A stretch of 64,000 nt of DNA from an uncultured Bacteroidales bacterium (GTDB taxonomy: Bacteria > Bacteroidota > Bacteroidia > Bacteroidales > UBA7960): positions 95,900 through 159,899 of the forward strand of contig CAYZCW010000003.1 of the NCBI GenBank assembly GCA_964477035.1, given 5' to 3'. The notes under the pieces are model-generated. The model had not been told where the DNA came from. It saw nothing but the letters and a program-made list of their open reading frames with translations, and searched no databases. Shown here one piece after another: positions 1 through 8,068 of this stretch; the stretch's first letter is position 1, and each line of letters begins with the position of its first letter. Both the position numbers and the translations under genes were made by a program.

Positions 1-571
1 TATCCGGGCGCAACACCTGCCGGAGCCGGTCCATCTCCCCCGGCTCGGAGATGCCGGCTTCGAAAACCCCCAGGGTGTCCTGGGCGCCCATCTGCCAGAC
101 CGACAGAGGCACCCCCGTCTGGGAGTTGAAGCTTCCCGGGTTGCGCACCACGCGCCAGGGCTCGGACAGCAGCTGCACCAGCCATTCCTTGATGATGGTC
201 TTGCCGTTGCTTCCGGTGATGGCGACCACGGGAAGCTGAAAACGGCGGCGGTGGAAGGCAGCCAGCTTTTGCAGGGCCGCCAGGGGACTCTCCACGCGGA
301 TGAACCCGGCATCGGGGCAGGCGGCCGTCCAGGCGGGATCCACCCGCTCCGTGACAAACAGCCGCACGCCCTTCTCCAGCAGCTCGGGAATGTACCGGTG
401 GCCGTCGTTTTTCTGTGTCCGGATCGCAAAAAACAGGGTCTGACGGGCCAGCCCAAGCTGCCTGCTGTCGGTGAGCAGGTACCGGATCTCCATGTCTTTT
501 CCGGGATCGCCGGATCCCCTGCCTGTCATGATCCCGGGCAGGCTTTCCCAGGTATACCGGTGGCTGGTCAT
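1..571 (-). CDS. murF: Mur ligase (MurF-type UDP-MurNAc-tripeptide--D-Ala-D-Ala ligase), N-terminal part; gene runs off the left edge; resembles the bifunctional MurF/alanine racemase type
   Basis: Absent from the ORF track (no stop in window). My reverse translation from the ATG at 571-569 reads MTSHRYTWESL..IRYLLTDSRQL..LFFAIRTQKNDGHRYIPELLEKGVRLFV..VVAITGSNGKTIIKEWL..SFNSQTGVPLSVW..FEAGISEPGEM. This gives the Mur ligase N-domain and the GSNGKT P-loop. Confidence 0.75.
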   Translation of the reverse strand, partial: MTSHRYTWESLPGIMTGRGSGDPGKDMEIRYLLTDSRQLGLARQTLFFAIRTQKNDGHRYIPELLEKGVRLFVTERVDPAWTAACPDAGFIRVESPLAALQKLAAFHRRRFQLPVVAITGSNGKTIIKEWLVQLLSEPWRVVRNPGSFNSQTGVPLSVWQMGAQDTLGVFEAGISEPGEMDRLRQVLRPD

Positions 572-596
572 CATCGGGTTGCGCCGTCAGGCGGCA

Positions 597-1742
597 TCAG
601 AGGTCGCTTTCATCATGGTTGTCGGACAGGTCCCTCAGGGCATTCCTGTCGGCATCGGAATCTTCCTCCAGGACACTGGACCGGAGGGGGTCGGCACTGT
701 ATTCATCGTACACGGCCCGGTTACGCACCACGTCGATGGCCAGGTAGATGGCTTCCCGGAAGGCATCGGGGGAGGCCAGGTTCTTGCCGGCAATGTCGTA
801 AGCCGTACCGTGGGCCGGGGAAGTCCGCACCACGGGCAGTCCCGCGGTAAAGTTCACCCCGCTCTTGAAAGAGAGGGCCTTGAAAGGGATCAGCCCCTGG
901 TCATGGTACATGGCCAGGATGCCGTCGAAGTCCCTGAACGAAGCGGAGCCGAAGAAGCCGTCTGCCGGATAGGGGCCGAAGGCCAGGATGCCTTCATCGA
1001 AGGCGGTTTTGATGGCGGGAACGACCACCTGTTGCTCCTCCTCCCCCAGCACGCCCTGGTCGCCGGCATGGGGATTCAGGCCGAGCACGGCAATGCGGGG
1101 TTTGCGGATGCCGAAGTCGCGTACCAGCGAACGGTTGAATATCCACAGCTTGTGCAGGATCAACTCCTTGCTGATGGCAGCAGGGACTTCCCTCAGGGGG
1201 ATATGGCCGGTGATCACGCCGATGCGGAAGTCGTTGTTGACCATCAGCATGAGGCTGTCGTCCACCCCGAACTTTTTTGCCAGGTACTCGGTATGGCCAG
1301 GAAAGGGGAACTTGCTGCTTTGTATGTTTTGTTTGCTGATGGGGGCGGTCACCAGGGCCTGGAGGTGCCCCCCGCCCAGATCCGCCGTTGCCGATTCCAG
1401 CGCCAGGTAGGCCACCTCCCCGGCGATGCGGGTGGGCTGTCCCAGATCGATCTTGATCTCCCCGGAATAGATGTTCACCATGTTCACCTTGCCCGGCTCG
1501 GCCTGTTCGGCAGAGCGGACCAGGTTGAAATGGATGTTGCCGGTATCCAGCGCTTTCTTGTGGTAGGAAGCCACCTTGGACGATCCGTAGATCACCGGCG
1601 TGAACAGTTCGGTCAGGCGGGGATCGGACAAGGCCTTCAGGATGATCTCATAAGAAATGCCGTTGACATCCCCGTGGGTGATCCCGATTCTGTACAAGTC
1701 CTGGCTGGCTGTTTCCTGGTTGTATTCCTGTTCGTTTTCCAT
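597..1742 (-). CDS. pdxA: 4-hydroxythreonine-4-phosphate dehydrogenase
   Basis: 381-aa ORF with full-length PdxA-like sequence: IGITHGDVNGISYEI, PFPGHTEYLA, LGLNPHAGDQG, MYHDQGLIPFK, VRTSPAHGTAYDIAG. Confidence 0.9.
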   Translation of the reverse strand: MENEQEYNQETASQDLYRIGITHGDVNGISYEIILKALSDPRLTELFTPVIYGSSKVASYHKKALDTGNIHFNLVRSAEQAEPGKVNMVNIYSGEIKIDLGQPTRIAGEVAYLALESATADLGGGHLQALVTAPISKQNIQSSKFPFPGHTEYLAKKFGVDDSLMLMVNNDFRIGVITGHIPLREVPAAISKELILHKLWIFNRSLVRDFGIRKPRIAVLGLNPHAGDQGVLGEEEQQVVVPAIKTAFDEGILAFGPYPADGFFGSASFRDFDGILAMYHDQGLIPFKALSFKSGVNFTAGLPVVRTSPAHGTAYDIAGKNLASPDAFREAIYLAIDVVRNRAVYDEYSADPLRSSVLEEDSDADRNALRDLSDNHDESDL

Positions 1743-1803
1743 GCAGTCACTCTGTTAATTTCTTTGTGTTGAGACAAAGATAATCATTATTGGGGGCGGG
1801 TCA

Positions 1804-4800
1804 TCAGAGCCTCAGGGAAACACCCATGATCACGGTGCGCGGACGGGGGGCGGTATACAGATCCTGCCCCTGCACCAGGTTCCGGGTCTGCAGGGTCGCC
1901 CCCGCGGGCACGTAATCGGTCTCCGGGTCCCAGCCGGGATAGCGTGTCCAGGTATACAGGTTGGAGGCCTGAAGGAACACCCTGATGCTGGTCAGCCTGA
2001 TGCGGTGGACCAGCTGACCGGGGAGCGTATAGCCCAGGGCAAGCTCCCCCAGTCGCACGTAGGAGCCATCGAATACCAGCAGGGAAGAGGACCCGTAGCC
2101 GTTGCCCTCATACCACCTGGGCTGGGGATACCGGGCCTGGTCGCCTGGCTGCTGCCAGTGGTGGAGGTAAAACTCCACGGCCTGGTTGTCATACCAGGTC
2201 ATGCCGTCGGCCTGCCACTGCCGGCCGGCATTATAGATGTCGCCCCCCAGGGAAAAGCGGACCAGCAGGCTGAGGTCGAAGCCGCGGTAGCGGAAAGCGT
2301 TGTGGATGCCTCCGAAGACATCCGGGTGCGGGTGGCCCACCACCTGCTCGGCCGCCTCTTCGATCCGGTTCGTGGTGGCGTTGCGGCCCGCATCGGTGTA
2401 GAACAGGGCATCTCCGTTGGATGGGTCGACTCCGGCAAAGGCCCTGGTCACATAGACACCCAGGGGTTGTCCCTCCACCGCACGGAAAACACCCTCCCGG
2501 ATCGCATGCCCGTGGAGGCTGATGACTTCGTTGCGGTTAAAGGCCAGGTTGATCGTGGTTTGCCAGGTGACGGCCCGGTCGAGGTTCAGGGTGTGCAGGG
2601 TGACCTCCCATCCCCGGTTGCGGAGGCTTCCCAGGTTGCGGAGCATCTGCTGGGATCCGGTCATGTTCGGCAACACGGCCACCAGGAGGTCGTCCGTGTT
2701 TTTGACATAATGATCGAGCGATCCGCTGATGCGGTCATTCAGCAAGCCGAAGTCCAGTCCCAGGTTCATCTGCCTCGTGGTTTCCCATTTCAGGTCCGGC
2801 GCCGGCTGGCCGGTGAACGCCACATCCGGCATGCCGGGGTCCAGGGGGGTGGCATACAGGGCCTGCCAGGCCAGGTCGCCCACCTCTGAACTGCCGCTGA
2901 GCCCCCAGCTGAAGCGGGGCTTCAGGAAACTGAGCAACCTGCTGGCCGGCAGGAAATCCTCGTTGGTCACGATCCAGCCCAGGGCCACGGCGGGAAATAC
3001 CCCGTAGCGAAGGTCGTCGCCGAACCGGGTCGAACCGTCCACACTGCCGGTCAGCTCCAGCAGGTAACGATCACGTACGAGCAGGGAGGCCCGGGCATGC
3101 CAGGTCAGGTAACGGTATTCGTAGCCCCGGTCGAAGCCGGCAATCATGGAAAGGAGGTCATGATCCGGGGCGGTCAGGCTGAGAACGGTTTGCAGGGGGG
3201 ACCGGGCTGCCCGGGCATCGGAAAGGGCCGACGGGACGGCCAGGCCACCCGCTGGGTCGCGCCGGAATGCATGATGGCGGACCCCTGCCGCAATCCCCAG
3301 TTTGGCCCCGGTGACGATCTCTCCCAGGTAATCGAGCGATGCAGACAGGTGGTTTTGGTGCATGCCCACCTCCCGGCGGGTTTCCATCCCCGGCTGGCCG
3401 AAGCCGGGATACCCTGGCAGGTCTTCCCCAAGGACCTCCGTCTCATAAAGGCGGTAGGATTCCATGCCGGCTCCCGCCCTGAGCTGCAGTCCGGGAAGCA
3501 GGTTGTAGGCCGCTGTCAGGGAGGCCACGCCTGTGGTGACCTCCTGGTTGAAGACGTTCTGGGAGGCGGCGATCAGCCCGTTTCCGTATAGGGTTTGCCG
3601 GTTGAGCTCACCGGTATAGGGGTCGTGTGTGGGATCCAGGGGCGGCAATGCCACCATCTGCAGGGGGGCCCACGGATTGCCGTCTTCGGGAACCCGGCTG
3701 GCTTCCGACCGGGCCAGGGCCAGGTTCAGAGCCAGGTTCAGACGCTGAGAGAGGCGGGCGTCCAGGTTCAGCCGGCCGCCCAGACGGCTGTTATCACTCC
3801 CCCGGAGGATGCCATCCTGCGCGGTCCTGACAAGGGAAGCATGGTAGCGAAAGCCCCTGGAGCCCCCGGCCGCCGACAGGCTGTACTGCTGCACCCCGCC
3901 CTGTTGCAAGGCCTGCTCCTCCCAGTCTGTATCCACGCTGCCCTGCCAGTACACCAGCCCGTAATCCAGGGCCTCCCGGTAATCCGGACCAAAAAACCAG
4001 GCTTCGGGATTGTTTTCATAGGCCTGCCGGAACAGGTCCAGGTACTGGGAGCGGTTCAGAAAACCGATCCTGCCGGCCGGACGGCTCGTTCCCCACCGGG
4101 ACGAAAAGCGCAGGTCCATGGGTCCCTGCCGTCCCCTGCGTGTGGTGATCAGGACCACCCCGTTGGAGGCCCTGGAGCCATAGGCCGCGGTGGCGGCGGC
4201 ATCTTTCAGTACATGGATGGATTCGATGTCGTCGGGGTCAAGCTCTGCCAGGGGATTGATCGCTTCATTGACCAGTGTCCCAATGCTTTCGGTGATCACA
4301 GGCAGCCCGTCCACCACGACCAGGGGACGGGTGCCGGCAAAGATGGAGGAGGGGCCCCGGAGCAGGATCCTGGGATCCCCTTCCGGCTTGCCGCTTCCGC
4401 TCCGCACGTAGAGCCCGGCAAACCGTCCCTGCAGGGCCTGGGTGATGCCGGGCCAGGGTGGGGGTTCTCCTGCCGGCCGGGATGCCGATTCCGCTGTGGC
4501 TTTCTCCGGCTGCAACCCGGGGTCCCCGGCCGGACCATCCATGCCGGGCGGCAGCCTGAGCCGCAAGGTTCCCCGGCCCGTGAAGGGCAGCTCAAGGCTT
4601 CGACCGCCATCCGACAAAAACACCAGCGTATCCCCCGGGGAAGCCTCCAGCTCAAACGCGCCGAGCGCATCGGTCGCCGTGGCCCGGCTGGCATCCTTGA
4701 CCAGCACCCTCATGCCGGGCACCGGCCTGCCGAGCGAATCGGTCACCAGGCCGAACTGCCTGACGGGCTGGGCAGGGAGGCCGGACGCCATCAGGCACAC

Positions 4801-4830
4801 CAGAACAGCAGGCAGCAAGACACGTTTCAT
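1804..4830 (-). CDS. SusC/RagA-family TonB-dependent outer-membrane receptor
   Basis: 1008 aa with a signal peptide and a carboxypeptidase-regulatory-like N-domain (VTDSLGRPVPGMRVLVKD..). Plug motif IESIHVLKDAAATAAYGSRASNGVVLITTRRG and a C-terminal barrel ending ..MGVSLRL. A Pro/Gly-rich linker sits between the N-domain and the plug. Confidence 0.85.
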   Translation of the reverse strand: MKRVLLPAVLVCLMASGLPAQPVRQFGLVTDSLGRPVPGMRVLVKDASRATATDALGAFELEASPGDTLVFLSDGGRSLELPFTGRGTLRLRLPPGMDGPAGDPGLQPEKATAESASRPAGEPPPWPGITQALQGRFAGLYVRSGSGKPEGDPRILLRGPSSIFAGTRPLVVVDGLPVITESIGTLVNEAINPLAELDPDDIESIHVLKDAAATAAYGSRASNGVVLITTRRGRQGPMDLRFSSRWGTSRPAGRIGFLNRSQYLDLFRQAYENNPEAWFFGPDYREALDYGLVYWQGSVDTDWEEQALQQGGVQQYSLSAAGGSRGFRYHASLVRTAQDGILRGSDNSRLGGRLNLDARLSQRLNLALNLALARSEASRVPEDGNPWAPLQMVALPPLDPTHDPYTGELNRQTLYGNGLIAASQNVFNQEVTTGVASLTAAYNLLPGLQLRAGAGMESYRLYETEVLGEDLPGYPGFGQPGMETRREVGMHQNHLSASLDYLGEIVTGAKLGIAAGVRHHAFRRDPAGGLAVPSALSDARAARSPLQTVLSLTAPDHDLLSMIAGFDRGYEYRYLTWHARASLLVRDRYLLELTGSVDGSTRFGDDLRYGVFPAVALGWIVTNEDFLPASRLLSFLKPRFSWGLSGSSEVGDLAWQALYATPLDPGMPDVAFTGQPAPDLKWETTRQMNLGLDFGLLNDRISGSLDHYVKNTDDLLVAVLPNMTGSQQMLRNLGSLRNRGWEVTLHTLNLDRAVTWQTTINLAFNRNEVISLHGHAIREGVFRAVEGQPLGVYVTRAFAGVDPSNGDALFYTDAGRNATTNRIEEAAEQVVGHPHPDVFGGIHNAFRYRGFDLSLLVRFSLGGDIYNAGRQWQADGMTWYDNQAVEFYLHHWQQPGDQARYPQPRWYEGNGYGSSSLLVFDGSYVRLGELALGYTLPGQLVHRIRLTSIRVFLQASNLYTWTRYPGWDPETDYVPAGATLQTRNLVQGQDLYTAPRPRTVIMGVSLRL

Positions 4831-4919
4831 CGGTTCATCATTTATACGTCTTCACACAGAGGGCTTGCCCACCGGCCGATCCGGGCCGCAGGGCACCCTG
4901 CCGGAAGCCAGATCCGGAA

Positions 4920-4936
4920 TTTGCTAAAATAGCAAA
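4920..4936. promoter_or_regulatory. perfect 7-3-7 inverted repeat TTTGCTA-AAA-TAGCAAA in a divergent promoter region (candidate operator)
   Basis: Read directly from sequence. It lies 90 nt upstream of the receptor start (4830, minus) and 228 nt upstream of the SusD_2 start (5164, plus). Confidence 0.25.
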
Positions 4937-5163
4937 AAAATGTTTGCCGGCAGGAGAACCTCCCACCAGCGCCCCGGGAGAAAGCCCCATATTTTTTGTT
5001 AACTTTACGGTCAAAGCCGGCAAAGAGGACTGTCCCACCAAAAGATCATCCCAAAGCAGGGTTCTTTGGTATAAAGTTTGATGCTTTTCCCAGCACAGAG
5101 GCCATCCAAACTGGATGCCGGTGCAAAGGATCCGGCCCAAAGGCGTTATAATATAAAAGACAG

Positions 5164-6549
5164 ATGTTCAAAATTCCCCGTTACCCCATCTTCCGACTAT
5201 TGCTGGCCCTCTTTGCCCTGGCCGCCCTTCCCTCCTGCCTGGATGAACCGGAGGACCCCCCGCTGACCATGGATGATGTGGAAAACAATTTCCCAGTGGT
5301 GCTGGGCAACATCTCCCAGTGGCAGGCCAGTTATAATTTCAGCCGTTTCCAGTCCATCTGGATGCAGCAACTGGCCGGGGTGAACGCCGATGCCCTGCTG
5401 GCCGGCCGCTATGAGCCGCAGCCGGTCCATTTTAACGACACCTGGACGGCCCATTACCTCTACTGCCTGTTCCCGTTGCAGTCTATCGTGGAAACCTCCG
5501 AGGAGCACGGTGCCTGGGCCTATGCCGGCATGGCAAAGATACTGCAGGCCTATGTCGTCGGATTGATGACCGATGCCTGGGGGGACATTCCCCTGACTGA
5601 ATTGTCGCATGTGGACGATCAGAGGCTGCCTTCCCCAAAATATGACACACAGGAACGGATCCTGGAAGAGATCTTCCTGCTGCTGGATGAGGGCAAGGCA
5701 GACCTGCAGAAAGCCCCCTCCGGGCAGTCCTACCTTCCCGACCAGACCACCGACCTGATTTACGGGGGCGATGCCGGCAAATGGATCCGGGCGGCCAATG
5801 TACTGCGACTCAGATACCTCCTGCGGCTGGGCCATTACCATGGCAACTACTCGGAGCTGACAACGGCCATGCAAACCCTTGAGTTGTTCCGAAGCAATGA
5901 CGACGACATGCTGTTCCGCTATGCGGGGACCAACCAGCAAACCCTGAATCCGGTATACTACCAGGAAACAAACATACGCTACACCAGGGTGGGAAAATAT
6001 TTTGTAGACCTGTTAAAAGGGAATGGCGATCCACGGCTCCCCAGGCTGGTCAGGCGCAACCCGGAGAATGAGTTCGTGGGATCGGCCCCGGGCGAACGGA
6101 ACCTGAACGCCTCCCAGGTGGGCCCTTCCCTGGCCTCTCCCGATTCCCCGGTGGTCTTCCTTTCATTTGCAGAGCAGAAATTCATCGAAGCGGAGATGCA
6201 CCTGCGCAACATCCAGCGCCGGGATGCCGAGGAAGCCTTCCGGCAGGGGGTGATCGCTTCGCTCGACTTTCACAATGCCCGGGACGCGGCATGGGAGGCG
6301 GAATATGCAGAGATCGGGTTTGTCAACCTGGAGCAGGTCATCAAAGAAAAATACGTGGCCCTTTTTCTGCAGCCGGAAGTGTGGGCCGATTACCGGAGGA
6401 CCGGCTTCCCCCGGATCACGCCCTTTGAGCCCTCTCAGAATACCATCCCGAGAAGAATGCTGTACCCCCAGGACGAGCTGGACTTCAACCCGGTCAACGT
6501 CCCGCAGAACATCACCCTGTTCGACAGGGTATGGTGGGACAAACTGTAA
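5164..6549 (+). CDS. SusD_2-type (SusD/RagB superfamily) nutrient-binding lipoprotein
   Basis: 461 aa with a lipobox (LAALPSC). Motifs WMQQLAGV, TDAWGDIPLTE, AEQKFIEAE and C-terminal RRMLYPQDELDFNP..WWD. Clear paralog of 22405..23793. Confidence 0.75.
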   Translation: MFKIPRYPIFRLLLALFALAALPSCLDEPEDPPLTMDDVENNFPVVLGNISQWQASYNFSRFQSIWMQQLAGVNADALLAGRYEPQPVHFNDTWTAHYLYCLFPLQSIVETSEEHGAWAYAGMAKILQAYVVGLMTDAWGDIPLTELSHVDDQRLPSPKYDTQERILEEIFLLLDEGKADLQKAPSGQSYLPDQTTDLIYGGDAGKWIRAANVLRLRYLLRLGHYHGNYSELTTAMQTLELFRSNDDDMLFRYAGTNQQTLNPVYYQETNIRYTRVGKYFVDLLKGNGDPRLPRLVRRNPENEFVGSAPGERNLNASQVGPSLASPDSPVVFLSFAEQKFIEAEMHLRNIQRRDAEEAFRQGVIASLDFHNARDAAWEAEYAEIGFVNLEQVIKEKYVALFLQPEVWADYRRTGFPRITPFEPSQNTIPRRMLYPQDELDFNPVNVPQNITLFDRVWWDKL

Positions 6550-6586
6550 AGAGAAACACCCAAAACACCCATAAAAACCAAGCCCT

Positions 6587-7267
6587 ATGAGATTCTCATC
6601 CACCATTCTTTTTTCCTTATTCCTGCTGGCAGGAGCCGGCCTGTATGCACAGCAGCCCTGCGAGGTCCTCGTTCCCGAACTGGCCGGGGAGTATGAGGGG
6701 GAATGCCGCCGCGGCCTCGCCCACGGGCAGGGCATCGCCAGGGGAACCGACACCTATGAGGGACAGTTCCGCAACGGATTGCCCCACGGGGACGGCACCT
6801 ACACCTGGGCCTCAGGAGACGTGTATGAAGGCCGCTGGCGCCGCGGCCAGAGGCATGGCATCGGCACCATGACCTCTATGCGGGACGGCCGTCCCGTGGT
6901 CGTGGAAGGTGTCTGGTCCTCCGGTGAGCTCAAAGAAGAGATCGGTGATGCGGGCACCGGCTATACTGTGGTGTCCATGCGCCGCATCGACGCCGTCCGG
7001 GCCCTGCAGATCGGAGAAGGCGCCAGCGTGGTGTTCAAGATCCTCCGGGCCGGGGTCCCGATGAACTACACCGACCTGACCTATACGGGCAGCAGTGGCC
7101 AGCCCCGCATCCTCAACCAGGAGATTCGCTTCGAAAACGTCACTTTCCCGTTCCGGGCAAGCATGAGGTACACTGTCCCGAACAAATTGAGGAATGACCA
7201 GTTTCAGTGTGAACTGGAGATCCTGATCGAGGAGCCCGGGGCCTGGGAGGTCTCCGTGAGCCAGTAA
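6587..7267 (+). CDS. secreted MORN-repeat protein with uncharacterised C-terminal domain (paralog 1)
   Basis: 226 aa with signal peptide MRFSSTILFSLFLLAGAGLYAQ. Three consecutive MORN-like repeats (YEGECRRGLAHGQG, YEGQFRNGLPHGDGTYTW, YEGRWRRGQRHGIGT), then a ~110-aa domain shared with 7340..8029. Confidence 0.7.
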   Translation: MRFSSTILFSLFLLAGAGLYAQQPCEVLVPELAGEYEGECRRGLAHGQGIARGTDTYEGQFRNGLPHGDGTYTWASGDVYEGRWRRGQRHGIGTMTSMRDGRPVVVEGVWSSGELKEEIGDAGTGYTVVSMRRIDAVRALQIGEGASVVFKILRAGVPMNYTDLTYTGSSGQPRILNQEIRFENVTFPFRASMRYTVPNKLRNDQFQCELEILIEEPGAWEVSVSQ

Positions 7268-7339
7268 AGGACCGTCTCCCCGTCCGGTCATTATTTTTTT
7301 CGCCGCGCCCCGGGGTGCGGCCAGAGATACGATTATGCC

Positions 7340-8029
7340 ATGAAAACAAATAGGTTTCTTCTGATCCTTGCCATGCTCCTGTGGCTGACCGCCAATCCGG
7401 TCCATGGCCAGGACGCGGACTGCCGGGTGGTTTTCCCGCCACTTACCGGAACCTATGAAGGGGAATGCCGCGGGGGACTGGCCCATGGATTTGGCAACGC
7501 ATGGGGAGAGGACCATTATGAGGGCCATTTTAAAAATGGCTTGCCCCATGGCCAGGGAACCTATACCTGGACCGACGGGAAGCGGTACGAAGGCCGCTGG
7601 CGCCGGGGCCGGATGCACGGGATCGGCCGGCTGACAGAGATCAGGGGTTCCGATACGGTCCAGGTGGAAGCGGTCTGGAAAAGAGGGGTGATGTTGTCGG
7701 ACAGGACCGAAGCCTCCGGGGGGTTTGTGGTGACCCGCTCCAGGGGGGTTGAATCCGTCAGGGCCCTGAAGATGGCTGCAGGATCGACCGTGGTGATTAA
7801 AATCACCCGCTTTGGCATGCCCCTGAATTATTTTGACCTGGGTTACACGGGCAGCAGCGGGACCGCACGCCTGGACAAGCAGGAGATCCGCTTCGAGAAC
7901 GTGGACTTTCCCTTCACGGCCCAGCTCAGATACCGGGTTCCCAATGTCATGAAAACCGGCAGCTGGCCCTGTGATGTAGCGATTACCATCACGGAACCCG
8001 GGCTGTGGACGGTGACCACCCAGCAGTAA
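7340..8029 (+). CDS. secreted MORN-repeat protein with uncharacterised C-terminal domain (paralog 2)
   Basis: 229 aa with a signal peptide. Same repeat pattern (YEGECRGGLAHGFG, YEGHFKNGLPHGQGTYTW, YEGRWRRGRMHGIG) and same C-terminal block (YTGSSG..QEIRFENV.FPF....RY.VPN) as 6587..7267. Confidence 0.7.
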   Translation: MKTNRFLLILAMLLWLTANPVHGQDADCRVVFPPLTGTYEGECRGGLAHGFGNAWGEDHYEGHFKNGLPHGQGTYTWTDGKRYEGRWRRGRMHGIGRLTEIRGSDTVQVEAVWKRGVMLSDRTEASGGFVVTRSRGVESVRALKMAAGSTVVIKITRFGMPLNYFDLGYTGSSGTARLDKQEIRFENVDFPFTAQLRYRVPNVMKTGSWPCDVAITITEPGLWTVTTQQ

Positions 8030-8068
8030 GCAGGGCGGCTGTTATCCCGGCCGGGGCCCCTGCGCCCC

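Noticed and set aside
471-1772. 433-aa ORF on the plus strand overlapping pdxA
   Set aside because: It is antisense to a full-length, well-conserved pdxA. The translation is Gly/Arg/Val/His-rich with no recognisable motif, which is typical shadow-ORF behaviour in GC-rich DNA.
3595-4932. 445-aa plus-strand ORF (and 2005..2889, 3097..3591) inside the SusC-like receptor gene
   Set aside because: These are antisense shadows of a receptor with clear plug and barrel motifs. Their composition is low-complexity Pro/Gly/Arg.
4840-4960. Possible cobalamin riboswitch upstream of the SusC-like receptor or SusD_2 gene (GC-rich segment with CCCTGCCGGAAGCCAGATCCGG)
   Set aside because: On neither strand could I line up the B12-box (AGYCMGGAGACCKGCC-like) or the conserved GGUG..AAUCC..GC.G core. 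The similarity is superficial.
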